From Ignavibacteriota bacterium (lineage in GTDB: Bacteria; Bacteroidota; Ignavibacteria; UBA10030), in contig OY969585.1 of assembly GCA_963701295.1 (NCBI GenBank), forward strand, positions 2,208,001 through 2,272,000: a stretch of DNA of 64,000 bases, in the 5' to 3' direction. The notes below the pieces were generated by a model. That model was not told where the DNA came from. It searched no databases and worked only from the letters and a program-made list of their open reading frames with translations. Position 1 is the first letter of the stretch. Every line of letters starts with the position of its first letter. Below, piece by piece: positions 42,874 to 55,000 of this stretch. The translations under genes and the position numbers were made by a program.

Positions 42874-43890
42874 CTAATCAGCATAGACATCGGAATAAAG
42901 TTCTTCGAGCGGTGGTTCAGAGCTGTTCTCCGTAAATTGAACGCACTCTTCAACGATTGTCTTAATGCGTGCTTCGGCAGATTTAAAATATTCATCTGTA
43001 GTAAGATGTGCTTCTTTCAAAACCCTTTCAAAGACTGTCAGTGGATCCAGTTTTCTTTGGGTCTCCACTTCTTCCTTTGTGCGGTAATGGCCATGAATCG
43101 GGTCGGACATGGAATGGCCGCGGTAACGGAATGTTTGCACTTCCAACAGGCTCGGTTCGTAAGTAGTACGTGCATGATCCACGGTGGCTTTGACAGTCTG
43201 ATAGACCTGAAGAACATCGTATCCATCTTCTATCACCGCACTGCGCATATTGTATGCCGCTGCCTTTTTATGGAGATCATCCACAGCGGAGGCACGATCG
43301 ACAGAGGTTCCCATTCCGTATTTATTATTTTCTATGATGTAAATGACGGGAAGTTTCCAGAGAGCGGCAAGGTTGAGCGATTCATGGAATTCGCCGATGT
43401 TTGTTGCACCATCACCCATAAAGCAGAGACAAACACGTTTCTCACCGCGGTATTTGCTGGCAAATGCAGCGCCGGTTCCAATAGGAATGTGTCCACCGAC
43501 AATTGCGTGACCGCCTAAGAAATTTTTTTCACGGTCAAACAAATGCATGGAGCCGCCTTTGCCTTTTGTCGTCCCAGTGTGTTTGCCAAGAAGCTCTGCG
43601 AGAATGCGGCGCGGATCGACTCCTTTGGAAATAGCAAGTCCATGATCGCGATACGCAGTGATGACATAATCATCCAGAGTAATTGCACCAATGGAGCCGG
43701 CAGAGATTGCTTCCTGTCCGTTGTAGAGATGGCAGAAGCCGCCAATCTTGCCCATGCCGTATAATTGAGAACATTTTTCCTCGAAACGTCGGATGAGAAG
43801 CATTTCATCGTACCACTTGAGGAGAATCTCCGGAGCAACACCAAGCAGATTCTTTGTGACAGGCTTTGTTAGAGGTAGTATATTGTTCAT
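42874..43890 (-). CDS. pdhA: Pyruvate dehydrogenase E1 alpha
   Basis: GFCHL..GQEA, GKGGSMH, GDGA...NN, RYRGHSMSD. Confidence 0.95.
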   Translation of the reverse strand: MNNILPLTKPVTKNLLGVAPEILLKWYDEMLLIRRFEEKCSQLYGMGKIGGFCHLYNGQEAISAGSIGAITLDDYVITAYRDHGLAISKGVDPRRILAELLGKHTGTTKGKGGSMHLFDREKNFLGGHAIVGGHIPIGTGAAFASKYRGEKRVCLCFMGDGATNIGEFHESLNLAALWKLPVIYIIENNKYGMGTSVDRASAVDDLHKKAAAYNMRSAVIEDGYDVLQVYQTVKATVDHARTTYEPSLLEVQTFRYRGHSMSDPIHGHYRTKEEVETQRKLDPLTVFERVLKEAHLTTDEYFKSAEARIKTIVEECVQFTENSSEPPLEELYSDVYAD

Positions 43891-44503
43891 TATTTGACCG
43901 TGACTTTTCGTTGAGTTTACAGCTATTCTTTCTTTTTAACACATAAATATAGCAAGAAGTTGCAGAAAAGGAAGTGGAGAGGGAAAAGATAGAAGGGAGA
44001 AAAGGAGAGAACATGAAGAGTTGAATCATTTCCGCCAGTTTTTTTGGCGGAAGGCGGATGCGCCTTTGGCGCAGAAGGAGATGAGATGTAAGGAAATTGA
44101 GAGAATGAGAGAGATTAATGCTTAAAACTAACATGTGATTTTCTTTATTTTGGATTCAAAGGGTTGTGGATATTGATGCAAAACATTTCGCTGCCCGAGG
44201 AAAAAATCAAAAAAGGAAATATCTTTCCCGTAAAAGTGAGAATCCAGAAAAGTCGACCACCACATATGTGGGATTAGAACGAAAATATTCTCAGGAACTT
44301 ATGAAAAAAGTCGTTCTTTCTTTTGTTTTAGCATCCCGTTATACCTCAGGATAAGTGCTATGAAAGAACTACATGCGTATGTAAAACATTGCTTGCATGG
44401 GTACGATGCAAATGTATAAATCGGAGTTTACTTATACTATATAACTTCAGTGCCTGAGTGCTTATGAACCTTTAGCTTAAAATTAATTGGTATGGATCTT
44501 GTT

Positions 44504-44772
44504 TCAGAATCTGCCCATTTCAAATATATCTATTGAGCAGGTTTTGTTCGTTGCATACTTTAATCCCCGATTAGATGAAGAATAGGCAACATGAATCTTA
44601 TTGTTTGCATCGATAGCTGCTCATACGTCACCATTAGCGGCACTTACATTATCACTAGTGGTGTTGTCTGTGATTGAAGTACTGCCTGAACTGTTGGTTG
44701 GGGAGCTTTCATTTTTTGAATAGCTCATTAATTAAAGATAATAGGACAACAAGAAGAGGAATTTTTTTTCAT
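44504..44772 (-). pseudogene. Decayed secreted/lipoprotein gene fragment
   Basis: Manual translation across two frameshifts and a stop: MKK/IPLLVVLLSLI/LMSYSKNESSPTNSSGSTSITD...GDV*AAIDANNKIHVAYSSSNRGLKYATNKT. Confidence 0.55.
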
Positions 44773-45051
44773 GAAAATGATCGTTGATTGTAAAATATTT
44801 AACGAAACAATTTCGTTATTGTGCTTATATAAAGTATGCAGAAAATTGTTGATAAGGAGCGACACCTATTACATAAAGAGTACAGCTCATGTTTGATTTA
44901 AATCGCACTTTGAAACTGGGATTAAGCATTCACTCTTGCGTATCACCTTCATACACAGCTGCAGGGTAATTGACGTTTGCGAGCTTTGCTTCTTTAAAAG
45001 AACTGTCTTACTTTAACTCGTAAACTTAAAAACAATAAAAAGGTAATAGTA

Positions 45052-46552
45052 ATGAAATATGTATTTGGCATAAATCTTCTTTTCCTTTTTACTACTGTTT
45101 TATTTCCGATTGTTTTTCTCTTTTCACAAAAACAATCTCTAGGAATGTTTGAAGGACATAGTGATATAGGTGATGTTCTCAAGAAAGGTTCGGTCACCTT
45201 CGATTCCATCGCTATGAAGTATACAGTCGTCGGAGGCGGAGAGAACATGTGGTATGCAAAAGATGCTTTCCAGTATGTCTGGAAAAAAGTTTCAGGCGAT
45301 CTTTCCATTTCTTCGGATATCAGTTTCCCGGACACAGGCGGTGACGTTCATCGAAAAGCAGGTCTGATCATCCGCCAGAATCTCGATCCCGATTCACCCT
45401 ATGCAGATGCTGTTCTTCATGGAGATGGCCTTACGTCCATGCAGTATCGTGAAGTCAAGGGCGGGCCAACGCGTGAGATTCAATCCAATATAAGAAGTCC
45501 GAGAAGAATCCAAATTGAAAAACAAGGGAATTATGTTTTCATGTCCATTGCCCCTGAAAATGAAAAACTCCGTTCTGCGGGCGGGTCATTTAAAATTAAA
45601 TTTGAAGAGCCATTTCTCATAGGGCTTGGTGTTTGTGCTCATAATAATAAGGTTTTAGAAAAAGCAATTTTTTCAAATGTCAAGATTACGAACGGTTCAA
45701 AAACTGATTCGGGCGAAACAATAGTAGAAAGCACATTAGAAACAATACACATTGACTCAAAAGATAGAAAAGCAGTCTATACTACTGAAAACGTTATTGA
45801 GGGAGCATTCTGGTCGGGGGATGGAGGAGCATGTTTTCTTCAGCAGTAAAGGACAGTTGTACAAATTACAAAAAGGCGGTGGTAACCCACAATTGTATGA
45901 CACAGGATTAAAGAATCTTGGCAGCAGCAATGGTTTTTCTCCCGATAAGAAACAGTTGGCGGTGAGCAATTATATCGGTGAACATCAATCCCAGATATAT
46001 TTAGTACCGGCTGAGGGCGGTGAACCAAAACTTCTGACCCAAAATGCTTCATCGTGGTGGCATAGCTGGTCTCCGGACGGCACGACAATCCTCTTTTCCG
46101 GCATGCGAAATAAAAATTTAGATATTTACAGTATCCATGCTCGGGGAGGGAATGAAACACGGCTTACGACTCAACCGGGTATTGATGACGGACCGGAGTT
46201 CTCGCCTGACGGCAAATACATTTATTTCAATTCCGACCAATCGGGTTCAAATCAAATCTGGCGTATGAAACCTGACGGCAGTGCTCAGGAACAGATTACA
46301 TTCGATGTATATAACAATTGGTTCCCGCATGTTTCGCCGGATGGAAAATGGATCGTTTTCCTGTCTTATGAAAAAGACGTCAAGGGTCATCCTGCAAATT
46401 ATGATGTTATATTGAGACTTATGTCAACCGCTGGCGGTGAAATTCAAGTAATTGCAAAACTTTTTGGTGGACAAGGAACTTTCGATGTAAACTCTTGGGC
46501 ACCGGATAGCAAGACTTTGGCTTTTATGAGTTATCGATTGATTCATAAGTGA
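45052..46552 (+). pseudogene. TolB-like beta-propeller protein with an N-terminal beta-sandwich domain, split by a +1 frameshift near 45823-45828; could be a sequencing error
   Basis: ORFs 45052-45849 and 45752-46552 join as [14 protein letters not shown] if one G is removed; repeats FSPD, WSPDG, FSPDG, VSPDG, WAPD. Confidence 0.78.
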
Positions 46553-46687
46553 TGTCTCTAGTGTATTCTTCTAAATATTTTAAAGTTGACAGGAGCTGGT
46601 CAGCCATCAGGAACATAAGGTTATCATGACACCGCTCAAATTACTGGATATTACAAAAACAGAAAAATCAAAACCGGAGAACTAATC

Positions 46688-47782
46688 ATGCTTTATAAAA
46701 CGTTATTTCTACTTTTCATAGGGTCATATATGAACGCTCAGAATTCTCTTCCTACTAACTCATCGGAAAATTTTGCAATACGCACCGGCGTGAATATAAG
46801 CCACTGGCTTTCTCAAAACGACAAACGGGGCGAAGAGAGGAAACGGGAAATTACCAGGTCAGATTTCGACAAAATAGCATCTATGGGATTCGATCATGTC
46901 AGGATTCCTATAGACGAAGTCCAGTTTTGGGATTCGCTGGGCAACAAAGAACCTGAAGCATTTGCTTTGCTGCACAATGCAGTTGAGTGGGCATTCGCTG
47001 CGAATCTGCGTGTGATTATTGATATGCATATTATTCGTTCACACTATTTTGTTTCAGAATCAAATAAACTCTGGACCGATACTCTTGAACAACAGAAATT
47101 GGTTAATTTCTGGCTGCAACTCTCCGGAGAATTACAACGTTATCCCAACTCGAAATTGGCGTACGAAATTATGAACGAAGCTGTAGCGAAAGATCCGGAC
47201 GATTGGAACAAAGTATTTAACAAAGCTATTTCGGCACTGCGAGTGCATGAACCCCACAGAAAAATTGTTGTCGGTTCAAACATGTGGCAAATTCCAAGTA
47301 CATTTCCTGCATTAAAACTTCCAGAGAATGACAGGAATATAATTCTGAGTTTTCATTTCTATATTCCGATTGCACTAACCCATCACGCGGCATCATGGGT
47401 TCCGACTGCAGAATATACTGGGCCGGTTAATTATCCTGGACAAATTGTCGATACTTCACAGTACAAAGGGCTATCGGAAAAGGCAGTGAGTGTTATGAGA
47501 GAATATGCCAATGGATATTTTACAAAGGAAGTTCTAAAAAAACAGATGATGCCTGCAATAGAGTTTGCGCAAAAACATAAGCTGCCATTGTATTGCGGTG
47601 AATTTGGAGTGTATCCCACAATCCCGGAAGATATCATGCTCCGCTGGTATAAAGATGTATGCGAAGATTTTAATGAGAACAATATTGCCTATTGCCATTG
47701 GTGTTACAAAGGAGATTTTCCGGTTGTCGAAAAAAACGGTGCTCCAAAGCAGAAACTTATTTCGGTGTTGACTGCCCGTTAA
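46688..47782 (+). CDS. Glycoside hydrolase family 5
   Basis: GVNISHWLSQ, FDHVRIP, DMH, YEIMNE (acid/base), HFY, LYCGEFG (nucleophile); signal peptide. Confidence 0.9.
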   Translation: MLYKTLFLLFIGSYMNAQNSLPTNSSENFAIRTGVNISHWLSQNDKRGEERKREITRSDFDKIASMGFDHVRIPIDEVQFWDSLGNKEPEAFALLHNAVEWAFAANLRVIIDMHIIRSHYFVSESNKLWTDTLEQQKLVNFWLQLSGELQRYPNSKLAYEIMNEAVAKDPDDWNKVFNKAISALRVHEPHRKIVVGSNMWQIPSTFPALKLPENDRNIILSFHFYIPIALTHHAASWVPTAEYTGPVNYPGQIVDTSQYKGLSEKAVSVMREYANGYFTKEVLKKQMMPAIEFAQKHKLPLYCGEFGVYPTIPEDIMLRWYKDVCEDFNENNIAYCHWCYKGDFPVVEKNGAPKQKLISVLTAR

Positions 47783-47880
47783 AAAATATTCTTGTCAGTC
47801 CCAAGACATGAATAAGAATAGAACAGGTCGTATGCGCCTGTAACCGTGAACTACTTCTATCAAGGTAACGAAGGATCAGA

Positions 47881-50082
47881 TTGAAATTGTTGAAATGGAT
47901 ATTGCTTCTTTTTGTTTTTGAGATATGCCGCGCTCAAATGCCCGAGACAATATTTGTTGGCACGGTTTACAATATTTTTCATGAAGAATTTGTGACAGAT
48001 CAAGAATTTTTCAATCAGGTGGATAGAGATATCACCTTGATGAAAGAGTCCAATATTACACGCGTCATGATATTTCCCATGAATCAGTGGGACCCGGAAT
48101 CGAAGCTGTTATTGTGGAAACGAACAGATTATCTCGTAAAAAAAATCGAAACTGTAAATTTGAAGTTTATTCCCATGATGCTCAAAGAGGAACAATGCCG
48201 CCATTATTTCCCTATCTGGAAATTCAAAGAGATCGACGGAATGTGGGAACAGTACCATCAAAAAAATGGAAAGAGGAACAATCGGGATGATATAGATTTT
48301 GCAGATCCTAAAGTCTATCCGTTGGTGGAAGAATATTTTCGGGCAGTTATTACCAGGTATGGCAAAAGTCCAGCACTGAGTTTCTATAACATCTGGAATG
48401 AACCCCATTATAGTTCCGATGCGGAACATGTTCTTGAGCGATATAGGACATGGCTTCAAGAGAAGTATGGGTCGTTAGCGAGACTCCGAATTGCCTGGGG
48501 AGATGATTATACAGATTGGAATCAAGTGAGTCCGTTCCTTAACGAGAACTGGTATTCCTCCATGCAGCAAATTGACTGGATTCAATTCAGGAACGAATTG
48601 AACGGAATGCTTCTAGGAGATTTGGTCAAAACACTCAGGAAGTATGATTCAACGCATGCAGTCAATGCAAACCCGGTTGGCACACCGTTTGCAAATTTCG
48701 GGAATTTCGGTTATTACAACACGGATAATTGGTCGTTCACACAACACAATGATGTGAACGGGATTTCCTATTATCCTGATAGCTGGGAGAGGGAGCAGAA
48801 TGGAGAATCGTGTCCATTCTGGATTCATAATTTCACGTTCAATATGGTTCGATGCGCATCAGGAGACAAGAATTATATTCTCACGGAAGTATTCACCAAC
48901 ACTCAAAACGGATTGGCGCTGAATGGGTATTTAACAAAAAAAGATGTCTCTTTGCTGGCTTGGACGGCACTGGCAAATAACTGCAAAGGACTGATCTATT
49001 GGAAATGGGAACCCTTTATGCGCGGGCGTCAATCGCTTGGACGCGGATTATGTATGACAGATGGAAAATTAGCACCACGCGGAGAAGCAGTGAAAGAGTT
49101 CGGAAGTATAATGCAACATTACGGAAAAGTCCTATTCCATGCACACTTAAAGAAGCCGCAGGTTGCTGTATTAGTTGATATGGTTGGCTTAATCAAGACA
49201 TTAGAACAATCAACCGAGCGATCTACGACCAAGTTTATGTATGAAAGTATTGCCGGAACTTATAAAGCACTTTATGAAAACAATATCACTATGGACATTC
49301 TCAGAATGGATCGAGAGATCAATCTCGAGATCTTGAAGTCCTATAAGATACTTTTCCTTCCATTTCAAATTGTTATGCGGCAAGAAATTGCAAATATGTT
49401 AAAAGAATATGTGAACCAGGGAGGATGGGTTGTGGCCGATGCACGTACTGCAACGGTAAATGAGCTCGATTTCGCCTATAGAATAAATCCTGGTGCAGGT
49501 CTGGACACATTGTTCGGTGCGGTGAGAACAGATTGGGTTGGACAAAAGAATTATTGGAAAGTAATGATAAATGAAAATGGAGGGGACTCTTCCTATACCG
49601 TTGACGGGAAATATTTTCGGGATCAACTTCATATCACGGGTAAAATGGATGTGCTGGGAACATTCGCCGAGGATGGTACTCCGGCCGTTATCAAGCATCT
49701 GTTTGGAAAAGGGGTAGCTATCTTGAGTGCTGTTCCACTAGGCGCTAGTTATTATGGGAGACCGGAAAATCTGGTAAATAAATTCCTCTTGTCAATCACA
49801 AGGGATGCTAGTGTGATCCCCGATGCCCGCTTTCTATCGAAGGATGAGTCATTTTTGGATTTGAAGAGTCATAGTACAGGAAATACTAAAATTATTTATG
49901 CGATCAATACCGAAGGTCGCTCGAAATCAGGTATTATTGAACTATTTATAGGATCTCACAAAATAAAAAGCGTGAAAAACATTGTCTTGAATGATAACAT
50001 GCCATTCAAACAGAATGGTGGCATCTTGTCAATACCAGTGACAATCGATAAACAAACGGCACAGGTTATTCTTTTAGAATAG
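47881..50082 (+). CDS. GH42-like beta-galactosidase with trimerisation domain
   Basis: IWNEP, WLQEKYGSL..L..AWG, DW..F, ISYYP, LTE, YWKW, YVNQGG; signal peptide. Confidence 0.75.
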   Translation: MKLLKWILLLFVFEICRAQMPETIFVGTVYNIFHEEFVTDQEFFNQVDRDITLMKESNITRVMIFPMNQWDPESKLLLWKRTDYLVKKIETVNLKFIPMMLKEEQCRHYFPIWKFKEIDGMWEQYHQKNGKRNNRDDIDFADPKVYPLVEEYFRAVITRYGKSPALSFYNIWNEPHYSSDAEHVLERYRTWLQEKYGSLARLRIAWGDDYTDWNQVSPFLNENWYSSMQQIDWIQFRNELNGMLLGDLVKTLRKYDSTHAVNANPVGTPFANFGNFGYYNTDNWSFTQHNDVNGISYYPDSWEREQNGESCPFWIHNFTFNMVRCASGDKNYILTEVFTNTQNGLALNGYLTKKDVSLLAWTALANNCKGLIYWKWEPFMRGRQSLGRGLCMTDGKLAPRGEAVKEFGSIMQHYGKVLFHAHLKKPQVAVLVDMVGLIKTLEQSTERSTTKFMYESIAGTYKALYENNITMDILRMDREINLEILKSYKILFLPFQIVMRQEIANMLKEYVNQGGWVVADARTATVNELDFAYRINPGAGLDTLFGAVRTDWVGQKNYWKVMINENGGDSSYTVDGKYFRDQLHITGKMDVLGTFAEDGTPAVIKHLFGKGVAILSAVPLGASYYGRPENLVNKFLLSITRDASVIPDARFLSKDESFLDLKSHSTGNTKIIYAINTEGRSKSGIIELFIGSHKIKSVKNIVLNDNMPFKQNGGILSIPVTIDKQTAQVILLE

Positions 50083-50187
50083 TATTTCTGCACTTTGTTT
50101 AATCGAAATAAATGTTGTTGAACCAATAGGGATCTGTATCAACATAATCATAAATGATTGTTGCTTAAAAACATTAGAGTTTAGAAT

Positions 50188-50631
50188 ATGAATAAATCTC
50201 AGGAATGCATAGTCAGCCTTATTCAAAAACTTGAGGGACTTATACCTCTTTACATGAAGAAGGATGAAGATAAAGGTGTATCGAATGGCAACGTTGCTGT
50301 ATGCATCATTGATGAAGCAGGCGGAGTATTTGGAAAAGTGTTTGCCCACAAAAATAAAATACGGGCACGCGAATCATTTAGAATTGCATGGATAAAGGCA
50401 AGTCAGGTTTGGCTGACCGGAATGAAAACCGGAGAGTATGAAAAGAAAGTTTATAGTGGTGAAATTAACGAGGGAACTGTTGGAATAAGTAAGCCGGACT
50501 TGATTGGCTGGGAAGGTGGACAACCAATCACTTTAAAAGACGGGTCAAAACTTTCTGTCGGATTCAGCGGGTTTAGAGGTGTCACTGATCTGGAGATTGT
50601 TCTCAAAGCGTTAGAGCAGATTGAAATATGA
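50188..50631 (+). CDS. GlcG/HbpS (haem-binding) family protein
   Basis: VAVCIIDEAG, AWIKA, EGGQPI, VGFSG...D. Confidence 0.72.
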   Translation: MNKSQECIVSLIQKLEGLIPLYMKKDEDKGVSNGNVAVCIIDEAGGVFGKVFAHKNKIRARESFRIAWIKASQVWLTGMKTGEYEKKVYSGEINEGTVGISKPDLIGWEGGQPITLKDGSKLSVGFSGFRGVTDLEIVLKALEQIEI

Positions 50632-50708
50632 GACATAAGTATATTCATGGTGAACAATGGTTTGTCATTATTGAGAAATAGTTAATGTGTTTGGTGAAAC
50701 CGCCGTCC

Positions 50709-52024
50709 GTTAGATTGGGTTTCGAAGATTGCGTCCGAGAATAAATCAACTAAAATAAATTTTAATAGTATAAATGATAGGCTGTTACATTCTTGAGAAG
50801 ATTCAAAATTAAATCAATTGTATTTGCTAGTACTATTATCATTATAGGAGGTATTGATAGTCTACCTCTCGGCTGTCCTATATCGATTACTATAGCCCTA
50901 GTCATAACTGGAACAGCGGATAATCTTTGGTGTCTTTTTAATTCAGAAAAAACCACCAAGAGTTTGCAGTCACTTATTGAAATACAATCAGGCATTCTTA
51001 CTGCCAATAAACTTGGTAACACTTATCTTGAAAAACTGAAAAATGACATTAAAATCAAAGGTCGCACAATAAATTTTCATGAATTGATTAATAAAGCTCT
51101 TCAAATTGATCCAGATAACCCAGATGTAATTCATTTCTATTCACACTGGTCAGCCTGTGGCTTTCTCATTGCCAAAGGTTTAAATATGTTTCGGAATCCC
51201 ATATAATTAATGAATCTAATAGAATCTCAAAATATAGAAAAGACCCTTATTGGTTATTGTTGGCTGCGACATCTTGGCTTATGGAAGAACGCTCTGATAA
51301 AGCACTGGAATGCATAGAGATAGCCATCTTGAAAGGAGCAAAAGGATGGATAGTCGATTACGATTACGGCGGCGCTTTACAATCAAACGGGAAATATCAA
51401 GAGGCTCTCAAATATTTAAGAATAGGCGTGATAAAACTAAAATAATTGATACAATGTTTCGGAATTTGAGTTTGCAATGTAGATTCATTTCAGCTTCCTT
51501 TTATACTTTTATCCTTTGTGTGCTCAAAGTAAAACATAGCATAAAACAATCCCTTAGTTCCCTATATGCAGCCGTATTCTATTTGTCACTGGGATTAATA
51601 ACAGAAATAATACTTTATTTTGCGTCGTGCATTAATGTTTTAAAATTCCCCAAAATAATTATTCGTAAGAGTAATTTTATTTCTCAGCCTCATATAATGA
51701 TAAGCGAAAAACTTTTTGTGCTTGGCCACTATGAACAAGCAAAAATTATCCTCTCTAAAGTCTCTCAATTTAATAATGTTCGTATTCTGAACAATCTTGC
51801 GATTAGCCAATCCCGTCAAGGAAAATATAATGAAGCTATTTCGACCATCGGCAAGGCTTTACACATTTGCAAAAACGATGAAAAACTTTTATACAATAGA
51901 GAATCATTTGTTTATGCTCGCAATGGAAATAAGCTTGGGAGATTGGTTAGTATTGATAAATATGGGCAATTACACGTGGTTAAAAATAATGCTTTCAACC
52001 AAAAACGTCAAAACGCAATATAAC
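50709..52024 (+). mobile_element. Orphan integron-type cassette carrying the TPR pseudogene
   Basis: Begins GTTAGATTGGGTTT (50709-50722) and ends AAACGCAATATAAC (52011-52024), 12/14 complementary; stop codon lies in TAAC; AT-rich. Confidence 0.6.
50793..52023 (+). pseudogene. Fragmented TPR/membrane protein
   Basis: Three same-strand fragments (50793-51206, 51257-51445, 51310-52023) with TPR motifs KALQIDPDNP, GKYQEALKYL, LNNLA...GKYNEAI. Confidence 0.65.
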
Positions 52025-52078
52025 CTGTGACTCAAACTTGGCTTATCCAAAAGACTACATCTCACAAATAAGGATAGC

Positions 52079-55000
52079 ATGAAAATTACAACCCCGTGGG
52101 GAAAAAAAACTCATTCACTGCCATCATGGAAATTTAGCAGTGTTACACTTCTGACGATTATATTTGTTCTCATCTTCTCCGTCCATGCACAGGAATACAC
52201 GCGCGGTGTGGGTGTCTATCCGGGAGATCCAAAAGAAGATTTCTCACCCACAATGAAAATCGATTCAACGAACTATCGCAACCTCGCATTGCACCGGCCT
52301 GCTTACCACTCGAGCAGTTACAACTATAATCTCACCGCCCAGCTTATTACTGACGGAATAAAAGAATCGCAGCTTCCGGCGTGGATTGTCACCACGAGCA
52401 GTAGCGACAGCATTGTGAAGAGGAATGAACGGGAAACAGTTCTGGATCGCCACATCATGACGAGGAAAAATTTAGACGGGCCTGTTGCATGGCTTCAAAT
52501 AGAAATGGCCGGTAATAGCATAATCCCTGTCCTCGACAGTATCGATGTCTCCGGCAGCTTACTGGTTGATAGTCTTCATGCTCAACATTGGAATATAACT
52601 ATTCTTGGTTCGCAAGACGGTTCGCAATGGAAAAAATTGGGGTCAGTCAACGGCGATACATTGCCGGGAGATTCTGTAACGGGTCCATGGCGAAGATTTT
52701 TACCGCCTAACTTAAGAGTCTTTAGCTATCCTTTTAAACTCAATACGCTCGCTCATTACAAGATTTACAGAGTTGATGTTAATTCGCCAAATGCAAAGGG
52801 CTGGGCAATTACTGAATTTGCAATGTGCAGCAATGGAAAACGTGCCGATATTGGTGGCCCTTATGATTTTACCAGCGCGTGGATGAGCGCCGGCTCGAAA
52901 GAAGAATGGGTTTATGTAGACCTCGGAGCTGAATGTTCATTCGATCGAATCGTTTTAAATTGGATACGCCGCCCCGCGGTTGGTTCAATCCAAATATCGT
53001 ATAATGCGGCCCATTGGAAAGATCTCGCACCTCTGCCTCATCATTCAGATAATGTAGATGATGTGAAGTTTGAAAGTCCCATACGAGGAAGATATGTTCG
53101 CATCCTAATGAATCAGCCTGAATCAACTGATGGTTGTATCCTCAGTGAATTGGAAGTGTATGGAACAGGCGGTCCGATTGCTATCGCGCATCCTCAAGCT
53201 CCTCTCAGGAAAGACGGCAGAATGGATTTATCCGGCGGTGGATGGAAACTCCAGCGTGAATCATTGGTTCACACGAACGGTGAAACATTGTCCAAGCCGG
53301 GTTTTATTGACAACGATTGGATCATAGCAACAGTACCAGCGACCGTACTTGTCACTTATCTCAATGCGGGTGCTTTACCAGATCCGAACTTTGGAGATAA
53401 CCAATTACTGATATCGGATTCCTACTTCTACTCCGATTTCTGGTACCGCAACGAATTTACTGCACCTTCTGTGTACAAAGGGAAACGGATGTTTCTCAAC
53501 TTTAACGGAATCAACTGGAAAGCAGAAGTGTATCTGAATGGACAGAAACTCGGAATGATCGAAGGTGCGTTTACACGCGGGCAATTCGATGTAACTGATA
53601 TTCTCCTACCGGGAGAAAATAATGTTGTTGCGGTACGCATCAAGAAAAATGATACGCCCGGATTTGTCAAAGAGCAGACGAAATTCAGTCACGATGCGAA
53701 CGGCGGCGAGATCGGTGCGGATAATCCGACCTTCCACGCATCTGTGGGCTGGGATTGGATGCCAACTATTCGTGGACGAAATATCGGTATCTACAACGAT
53801 GTGTATCTTTCAGTAACTGGGCCTGTCACGATTGAAGATCCGTTCGTTTCAACCGATCTGCCTCTTCCGGATACGACATCTGCGGATATTACTCTTGCGC
53901 TGACTCTTCGCAACCATACGTCCAGCAATGTAACAGGAATAATACACGGTACATTCGGCACGGTACGCTTTGAACAATCGGTGACATTGAATGCCTTGGA
54001 AACAAAAAGTGTAAAGTTAAGCCCCGCGACACATCCATCGTTACGATTGCAAAATCCAAAACTGTGGTGGCCCAACGGATATGGGCAGCAAAATCTTTAT
54101 GATATAGAATTAAAATTCATTACTGCAGACGGCGGAACATCGGATTCAAAAACATTTCGCACCGGTATCAGAGAAATGTCATACTCGGAAGACGACGGAG
54201 TTTTAAAAATATGGGTGAACGGCAGACGATTCATCGGCTTCGGAGGCAACTGGGGCTTCTCCGAATCGATGCTTCGCTACCGGGCACGCGAGTATGATAT
54301 TGCTGTACGGTACCACAGGGAAATGAATTTCACGATGATTAGAAACTGGGTTGGACAAACTGCCAATGATGAGTTCTATGAAGCATGTGATCGTTATGGA
54401 ATTATGATTTGGCAGGATTTCTGGCTGGCAAATCCGGTGGATGGCCCTAATCCGGATAACAACACAATGTTTATGCAGAACGTTGACGATTTTGTTAAAC
54501 GAATTCGAAATCATCCCTCGCTTGCATTATACGTCGGCCGGAACGAAGGCAACCCGCCGGAGGCTTTGGATTCGGCGATACGAAGAGTATTGCTACAGAT
54601 ACATCCTGATGTGCATTACATATCGAACTCTGCATCCGGTGTGGTGAGTGGAGGCGGACCATATAGAGCTATGCCTATAAAGTTTTATTTTGAAAAAAGG
54701 GCGACAGAAAAATTACACAGTGAAATGGGAATGCCGAATATGGTTTCGTATGAGAGCTTAAAACACATGATTCCCGATTCTGCCTTGTGGCCGATTGATC
54801 GGCTCTGGGGTGTGCACGATTTCAGTCTGGAAAGCGCTCAATATGGATCGTCTTTCATTCAACAGATAAACGATAATTTTGGTCCTGTAAATGATCTCAG
54901 AGAATGGCTCTTACTCGCACAGTGGATCAATTATCAAGGATATCGTGCTATGTTCGAAGCGCAAAGTAAAAACAGGATGGGAATCTTATTGTGGATGAGT

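Noticed and set aside
40428-43890. Absence of E3 (lpdA) from the pdh operon
   Set aside because: E3 is commonly shared and encoded elsewhere
44960-44985. GCAGGGTA-attgac-GTTTGCG as another attC half-site, with TCTAAA...AAGTTGAC near 46570-46590
   Set aside because: Cores deviate from GTTRRRY/RYYYAAC, spacing differs, and the ends are not complementary
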